A stretch of DNA of 64,000 nt, from NCBI GenBank assembly GCA_951406725.2, contig OX597820.1, forward strand, positions 33,170,001 through 33,234,000, read 5' to 3'. The notes under the pieces were generated by a model. It did no database searches, was not told where the DNA came from, and worked only from the letters and a program-made list of their open reading frames with translations. Made by a program: the position numbers and the translations under genes. Shown here piece by piece: positions 57,144 through 64,000 of this stretch; the stretch's first letter is position 1; each line of letters begins with the position of its first letter. Source of the DNA: Octopus vulgaris. Lineage: Eukaryota.

Positions 57144-58594
57144 TTATAAGTGACTGAAATTATAACTTACACCTGCCCCAGAACGGGACGCTAGTCCATC
57201 GCAGGGTTAACTTTCCAACTATTCCTGGAACTCATTTACAGCTGAGTGGACGCGCGCAACGTGAAATGAAGTGTTTTTGCTCAAGGACACACCTCACCAA
57301 GGTTAATTTTACCTTTATGTCCTTCCGGGATCGGTAAAATAACCGTTTAAACCATTGAACTAGCGTAAATGATAGAGCATTGGTTATGATAACATACAGT
57401 ATTTGTTCCGATTCTTTGAGTTCTGATTTCAAATCCTGCCAATGGCTTACTTGGGTGGTTGACTGAATTCCTTACAAGATATAACACCACCTGGAACTCT
57501 GGGTAATTATAGCGGCGTCTTCTCTGTTGCAAGCATTCGAGCTAGACCTCCGGTTTGAAAATACCTTTCCACCAACCGTTATGAATTAATAAGTGCTATC
57601 GACCCACTTCTAATCTGGTAGATTGTATCGACCCCGAAGGTATGAAACGTAAATTTGATTTCGGCAGGATTTTTTTACCCAGAAGATAAAAACTCGGAAC
57701 AAATCCTGCATGATGTTTTGCCCGACGCCCTAATGATTCTGCCAATCTGCCGCCTTTAGATGCCAAACAAAATTCCATAAGATTGTTTCTTCACAGACAA
57801 TATTCTTTGATAACCTTTACGTATTTTATTCCTCTTTCATTTAATAAATGTTTTTCATAGTTTCTAATAAAGATAGTTTGATAAAAAAAAAATACACACA
57901 CACACACACATACATACACATACGCATACATACACGCACACAAAGTCCTTGGGTGTCAGATTTATATGTTGGTTTGTTCAACAAGTATTAATGTTTAGCT
58001 ATTTATTTTTAATATCTTTTCTTTTCTTTCTCCGTTTTGTTCAGTAATGTCAGAAATTGAATTGCTATGTACGCTCTATCATTGCCAACGTCTTAAGATG
58101 GCATTTTCTCGAGTTGGTTATAATTTATATCATCCGTTCTTAATAATTATTGTCGTCTGTCCTTTCTCTATCCTGTTACATTCACCATGTTACTCGAGCT
58201 TCTGTTTCATATTTGCTGACTTCTTTGAATACAAGAAAAAAAGTTCTTTTCTTCTCATTTTTATTTTGGTTTTGTTCATGTTTTATAGCTATTTATCATT
58301 GTTTCCCTTTATTCTTTATTAGTTAATGACTGTGAGTTTAAAGTCGACATTTCATAATAATCATCTCGTTGCAAAAACCTACCCCTACCTCTCCGTATGC
58401 GTGGTAACTATAATCGTGATCGTTCTGCGTTTGTTTACGATTGGCATATTATATATAACAAGCGAAAATACACACACACACTCTCCTTCGCCCCATATAC
58501 ACACACATTTATACATGGGCAAGTACCTTTTCTTCTATTAATACCGACCAATGCATTGGGAGCGAATTCAATATCCGGAAACTATATGGAATCC

Positions 58595-58980
58595 TGGCTG
58601 TGTGGTAAGTAGCTTGCTAACCAACCACATGGTTCCGGGTTCAGTCCCACTGCGTGGCATCTTGGGCAAGTGTCTTCTGCTATAGCCCCGGGCCGACCAA
58701 TGCCTTGTGAGTGGATTTGGTAGACGGAAACTGAAAGAAGCCTGTCGTATATATGTATATATATGTGTGTATGTGTGTGTGTGTGTTTGTCCCCCTCACA
58801 TTGCTTGACAACCGATGCTGGTGTGTTTACGTCCCCGTCACTTAGCGGTTCGGCAAAAGAGCCCGATAGAATAAGTACTGGGCTTACAAAGAATAAGTCC
58901 CGGGGTCGATTTGTTCGACTAAAGGCGGTGCTCCAGCACGGCCGCAGTCAAATGACTGAAACAGGTAAAAGAGTAAAAGA

Positions 58981-58982
<2 letters not shown>
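58595..58982 (+). mobile_element. SINE family A
   Basis: Close match to the reverse complement of 16514-16944. Confidence 0.9.
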
Positions 58983-59055
<73 letters not shown>

Positions 59056-59093
59056 TAGATAGATAGATAGATAGATATATAGATGAATATATA

Positions 59094-59153
<60 letters not shown>

Positions 59154-59184
59154 TATATATATATATTGGTTTGGGTTTTAACTA

Positions 59185-59920
59185 CACTTCTCATGAGGAA
59201 TATTTGGAGGATTGTCCTCAATGGTGATATTCTTGAAGAGGTTGAGAGTTTCAAATACCTTGGCGCCATCATTACAGCTACAGGTCAAGGTGAGGCTGAC
59301 ATTAAAACACGAATCGACCTCGCTCGCCAAGCCTTCAACCGACTCAATGCACAACTCTGGTCAAGATCTGAGATCCGACACACCACCAAAGAACGGATCT
59401 ACCAAGCACTAGTGCGAACTATTCTCGAGTCATGACCAATAAGGCAGCGAGTCATGACCAATAAGGGTGGAAGATATTAAGCGACTAGAATCCTTCGATC
59501 ACCTCTGTCTACGCCGCATCCTTCGTGTCCGTTGGTATCACTTTGTCTCCAACAATTCGGTGCGACACCAGTGCAGAATTCCCTCCCTCCGACAAGTCAT
59601 CCTAACGAGACGTCTGCGTTGGCTGGATCATGCCCTCCGCCATCAACCAGCAGAATTCATCTACGAAGCAATTGCCCCAGCTCCCCTTCAGGGAGCGATG
59701 TGGTGGACAACGAAAAACCTAGCTGATGACAGTCAAGGTTGATCTGGAACCTAACCTAGGCCCCCATATCTATGGCGTTCACCGGTGAAATAAGGAGTGG
59801 TTGGAGATCACGCGGTCGTTAGCCTCAAATCACCAGGTCTGGTCGGCGTTTGTGAGGATGCAGTATTGAGGATGAATGAAGCCAGCTCAACCCACCCCGG
59901 GCGAATGCTGTCTCAAGTAC
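59185..59920 (+). mobile_element. RTE-clade LINE 3' fragment (decayed)
   Basis: LEEVESFKYLG..DIKTRIDLARQAF..LWSR..TKERIYQALVR, then LESFDHLCLRRILRVRW..RRLRWLDHALR; stops and a short internal duplication near 59427-59466; ends CTCAAGTAC. Confidence 0.85.
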
Positions 59921-61321
59921 ACTTTTCAGCATGCAAGGTATCCTGTAAGGGTCACCTGTTTTGTGTATGGAAACGTACACTAATTTATATATATGTGTGT
60001 GTGTGTGTATAAAGAGGCAGAGAGAGGGAGAGAGAATGACATATATACATGTATATATATATACAGATACATATATATACACACGCACGCACACATGCAG
60101 GCACACACACACGCTTGCATGCACATGCGCGCACGCACACACATATGTATGACTGAGAATATAAGTATATGTTTTTGTTTGTGTTTGCCCCCACCTCACC
60201 GCTTGGAAACCGGTGTTGATTTGGTTTTGCGCCGACCTTTGCTCTTATCAATATTGGCGATTTTTCAGACATTATGAAAATAGCTTCTTTTATACTGAAA
60301 AGGGCCAAAACAAAACTGAAAATTATAAAATTCTTCAGTAAAGAAGAGATACTTCCCATGGATAGACGTCGTCCGTAGATGAACTGTGTCAGTTGTATGG
60401 GTGTACATGCAAACTATCTTTCGCTCATGAGGACAACACTCGAATATCTCGCTTTTTGTGTTCAAGAAACGACTGGATCCTGTAAACTTTGCAGAATGGT
60501 TCTCCCTTCTAATTAACGAAGCTTGCAATGCCTACTTCCATTCAAATATGGCTCAAAACGTTATGCAATTTTCATTTGATTTTGCACGGCTTTTCTTTTT
60601 TCTTTTAATCGCCATAAATCGTATGTATGTATGTATGTATGTATTTATGTATGCATGTATGTATGTATATGAAACATTAATATTCTACCAAAAGCATAGT
60701 TTCGCTACAGTTCCATTTGAGTTAAATGGAGTATCCATTGATTCTTCTTTTTCTTTTCTTTTTTAGCACAACCATCGGAGTGCGAATCGCTCCTCACGGA
60801 CACAGTTCGTGAGATGGTTGTGATCTGTAAACAGTCTTGACTAGGAACCGGAAAAAGACGAATGAACACGCAATTCGCATACGCACACTGAATTCGTAAA
60901 ACGGAAGAGGTGATTAAAAACGTATTGCGCATGTTAAAATAAAACGGAAGACGAGAATAAAAGCGCAATGGCTAACACGTTATATGGCGGTCCGCATGCC
61001 ACGACGAATACCACTATCATGCGGCTTTGCTGCAAGTTTCTTGTGTGGTCTTCCTGATATGTGATAAATTTTATAATTTATTCACAAACACACTTCTCAT
61101 ACCTTGGTTTGCATATACACAAATCTCTCCCTCTCCCTCTCTCTCTCTCTCTTTCTCTCTTCCTCTCACTATATATATGTGTCTATCTGTCTATCTATCT
61201 ATTTATCTGTCTATCTGTCTGTCTGTCTTTCAATCTATTATTGTTTGCGTTCTTGAAAAGTTTGCTTCGACGCGAGACATTTGAATATATAGATGAGTCT
61301 GAGTGTATGCATATGTATGTC

Positions 61322-61363
<42 letters not shown>

Positions 61364-61438
61364 CACACACATATATATAGACACATACACACATATATAT
61401 ACATACATACAATATATGTGTGTGTGCATATAATATAA

Positions 61439-61540
<102 letters not shown>

Positions 61541-62224
61541 ACGTAAACATAAACATAAATACTGAAAGAGGGAGAGAGATGGTGAGACAGAAATTAATAT
61601 GAGATAGAATTCGTACAAACACACACTACTATCTAACAACAATGCTTTAAGACTCTCCTAAAATGATTCTATGACGTCTCAAATATCTTTGAAACAGGCA
61701 GCCATTGTCCATTGTCTCTTTAGTTACATTGCTCGTCCGTAGGGTGTCGCTGAAAGCATTCTGCGTGTCAGCGCGAGCGCAAGTGTGTGTGTGTGTGTCT
61801 ATCTGTCTGTCTATATGTCTGTTGTAGTATTTTTGTAGCCCCTGGTCAGCTATGTATGATTGAGCAGGTCTTTTAGCACATGCATTCCAGCCCTCCTTCT
61901 ATAGGAGGACAACATTAAATAATGTTTGCTGCTTTATATGGGATACTAGAGTGAAAGTTCAGGTGTTATTGGCTGGACTTTCTAGCAGGTTGATCACCCA
62001 CGTAGAACAATAGGTTTCAAAAACCTGGTTACGCCAGAGAAATTATGAACATACAAGAAGTTTGTAAAAACATTGGAATTTCGAAGCAAATCAATGGAAT
62101 ATCTTCAAATTTAGTAAATTGCGCTCGCGTGTGTGTGTATGTATGCATACACGTTACAGTGACTGCAAATGCAAAAAGACACCTCCCTCATTATACCGTT
62201 TTAAATAAACGGAGTACTCCACAC

Positions 62225-62447
62225 ATACGCATACCCTTTATGTAGTTCTCAACAAGGTTCAGCATGACACAAAATGTGACACGTCTGACCCTTTGAATCA
62301 CCTGTACAACTCAGTTTTGCCGGTTGAGTGGACTGGAGCAACGTGAAATAAAATGTCTTTCACAAGGACACAACGCGCCACCGGGAATTGAACTCAATGT
62401 CTTATAACGTGAGCCGAATGTCCTAACCACTAAGCCACGTATCTTCA
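62225..62447 (-). mobile_element. tRNA-derived SINE, family D
   Basis: GTGGCTTAGTGGTTAGG and GAGTTCAATTCCC boxes; TATTTCACGTTGCTCCAGTCCACTCA body. Confidence 0.7.
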
Positions 62448-62714
62448 TATATGAGATAGCTACTAAATATCTAAAGAACAAGAGAGAGAGGTTGCCTTTA
62501 AACGTCTACATTGTGATAGAAAATGCCGAGTGTGTTGTGCTAGTGTCGAAGATATCGCCCACATCATCAGTATCAACCAAAACAAATGTCTGAGGTAGTA
62601 TCTTTCAATGGAAAATGGCATTGTAACCCCAACCAATTTACAATGCTATACGCAGGGGACAATGTCCTGGCAGTCAAAAAAAAAGTGTGCAAGAGAACGA
62701 GAATATATCGACAT

Positions 62715-62947
62715 TCTTTTATTCTTTTACTTGTTTCATTGAACTGCAACCATGCCTTTTAGGGGTTTTTTTAGTCGAAGAAATCGGCGCCAGGATTTAT
62801 TCTTTGTAAGCCTAGTACTTATTCTATCGGTCTCTATTGTCGAACCGCTAAGTTACAGGGACGTAAACACACCAACATCTGTTGTCAAGTGATGGTGGGT
62901 GGACAAACGCAAACTCAAAAACACGCATAAATACACACACACATACA

Positions 62948-63022
<75 letters not shown>

Positions 63023-63182
63023 ACACACACGGGCCTATTTCAGTTTCCGTCTACCAAATCCACTTACAAGGCTTTGGTCGGCTCGAAGCTATAAAGGAAA
63101 ATACCTCACCAAGTTGCCACGCAGTGGGACCGAACCCAAAACCATGTGATTGGGAAGCAAACTCTTTATCACCTAGCCACGC
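62715..63182 (-). mobile_element. SINE family A (diverged)
   Basis: Reverse complement of family A with internal (CA)n. Confidence 0.8.
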
Positions 63183-63194
63183 TAAAAATTGATA

Positions 63195-63545
63195 TAAAAT
63201 TTCAGTAGAAAAATGAGCCACATGATGTAAATACAATAGATTTGATGTTTTGTGGAACACGGAGCAAAAATCATCTATTGTTTTAAAAGGTCAGCTCAGC
63301 TGATGTGAAAGTCTCGTCTAAAATTGGGGGAAACAACATCTATGGCAAATTGCTGCAGAACCAACAGTTCTGGTATCCTGGTTACAGATTCCCCTTTGTA
63401 CCTATTCTTATAGGGTCACTGGACAACATAACAAAAAACCTCAAAATGTCAGGTTTTCCTAGTAAGAGCCAAATGAACTGAACGACATCCACTAGGTAAA
63501 ATTGATTAGTATTTCCGTGAAATTTTGTGACGTTATCCCCAAACC
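63195..63545 (+). mobile_element. Decayed R4/Dong-like RLE fragment
   Basis: KYNRFDVLWNTEQK / SADVKVSSKI..NIYGKLLQNQQFWYPGYRFPFVPILIGSLDNITKNL, similar to 52503-52620 and to RLE C-termini. Confidence 0.55.
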
Positions 63546-64000
63546 TATTTAATTCAACGGTAAAGGGAGCTATTTTTTCGGGGAGAAGTATGATGGTATA
63601 CGCTCAAAAATGGCAATGTAATACCTACTTGAAAAAGTAGAGTTAATGGAATGTATTTGTTACGTGTTTACAGTGTATGACCATTCTGAAATTTACTTCA
63701 GGTAAAGAAAAAAATGAAGACATGAAAAAGTTTGACTTCAGTTCACGAATACTGCTTTGAATCTTAAGCAGTCCACAGTGAAATGTTGTCGCGTTCGAAA
63801 TATCATAATGGATGAGTAAATAAGCATCCTTAAAGTGAAACAACGCATTGGTAGGTAAACAAAGGTAACAATAAATAGAAAAGGGGGAAGAGAACATCAC
63901 CTTTCATGTAACTCAGAATAGGTAATGGTAAGCTTGCCAAAGTTTAATATGGCGATTAAGATTATTTGGTATTGGATATTCATCGCGAACTGTCATTCTA

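Overview
Eukaryotic, non-coding (intergenic or intronic) DNA dominated by microsatellites ((TA)n, (CA)n, (TACA)n, (GATA)n, (TAA)n, (TAG)n) and retroelements. The repeat content looks like a coleoid cephalopod (octopus) genome; this is an inference from recalled repeat families, not a database match. No intact host gene can be supported, and nearly all listed ORFs are microsatellite or SINE artefacts. Recognisable elements: several tRNA-derived SINE families (one as a tandem array), a decayed CR1/L2-group LINE with two extra 3' fragments, an RTE fragment, R4/Dong-like fragments in (TAA)n tracts, two Penelope-like (PLE) GIY-YIG remnants, an internally deleted Tc1 element, a Tigger/pogo-like MITE and a 5S rRNA fragment. 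The most striking signal is a set of sequence-unrelated short elements, mostly embedded in or next to (TA)n-type microsatellites. Each carries a minimal type-I hammerhead ribozyme or a decayed version of one (CUGAnGA ... GAAA, palindromic stem III, NUH). Some have direct repeats starting at the predicted cleavage site, circularly permuted monomers or snap-back inverted ends. This points to a retrozyme-like population mobilised by Penelope elements. All folds and alignments were made by eye.
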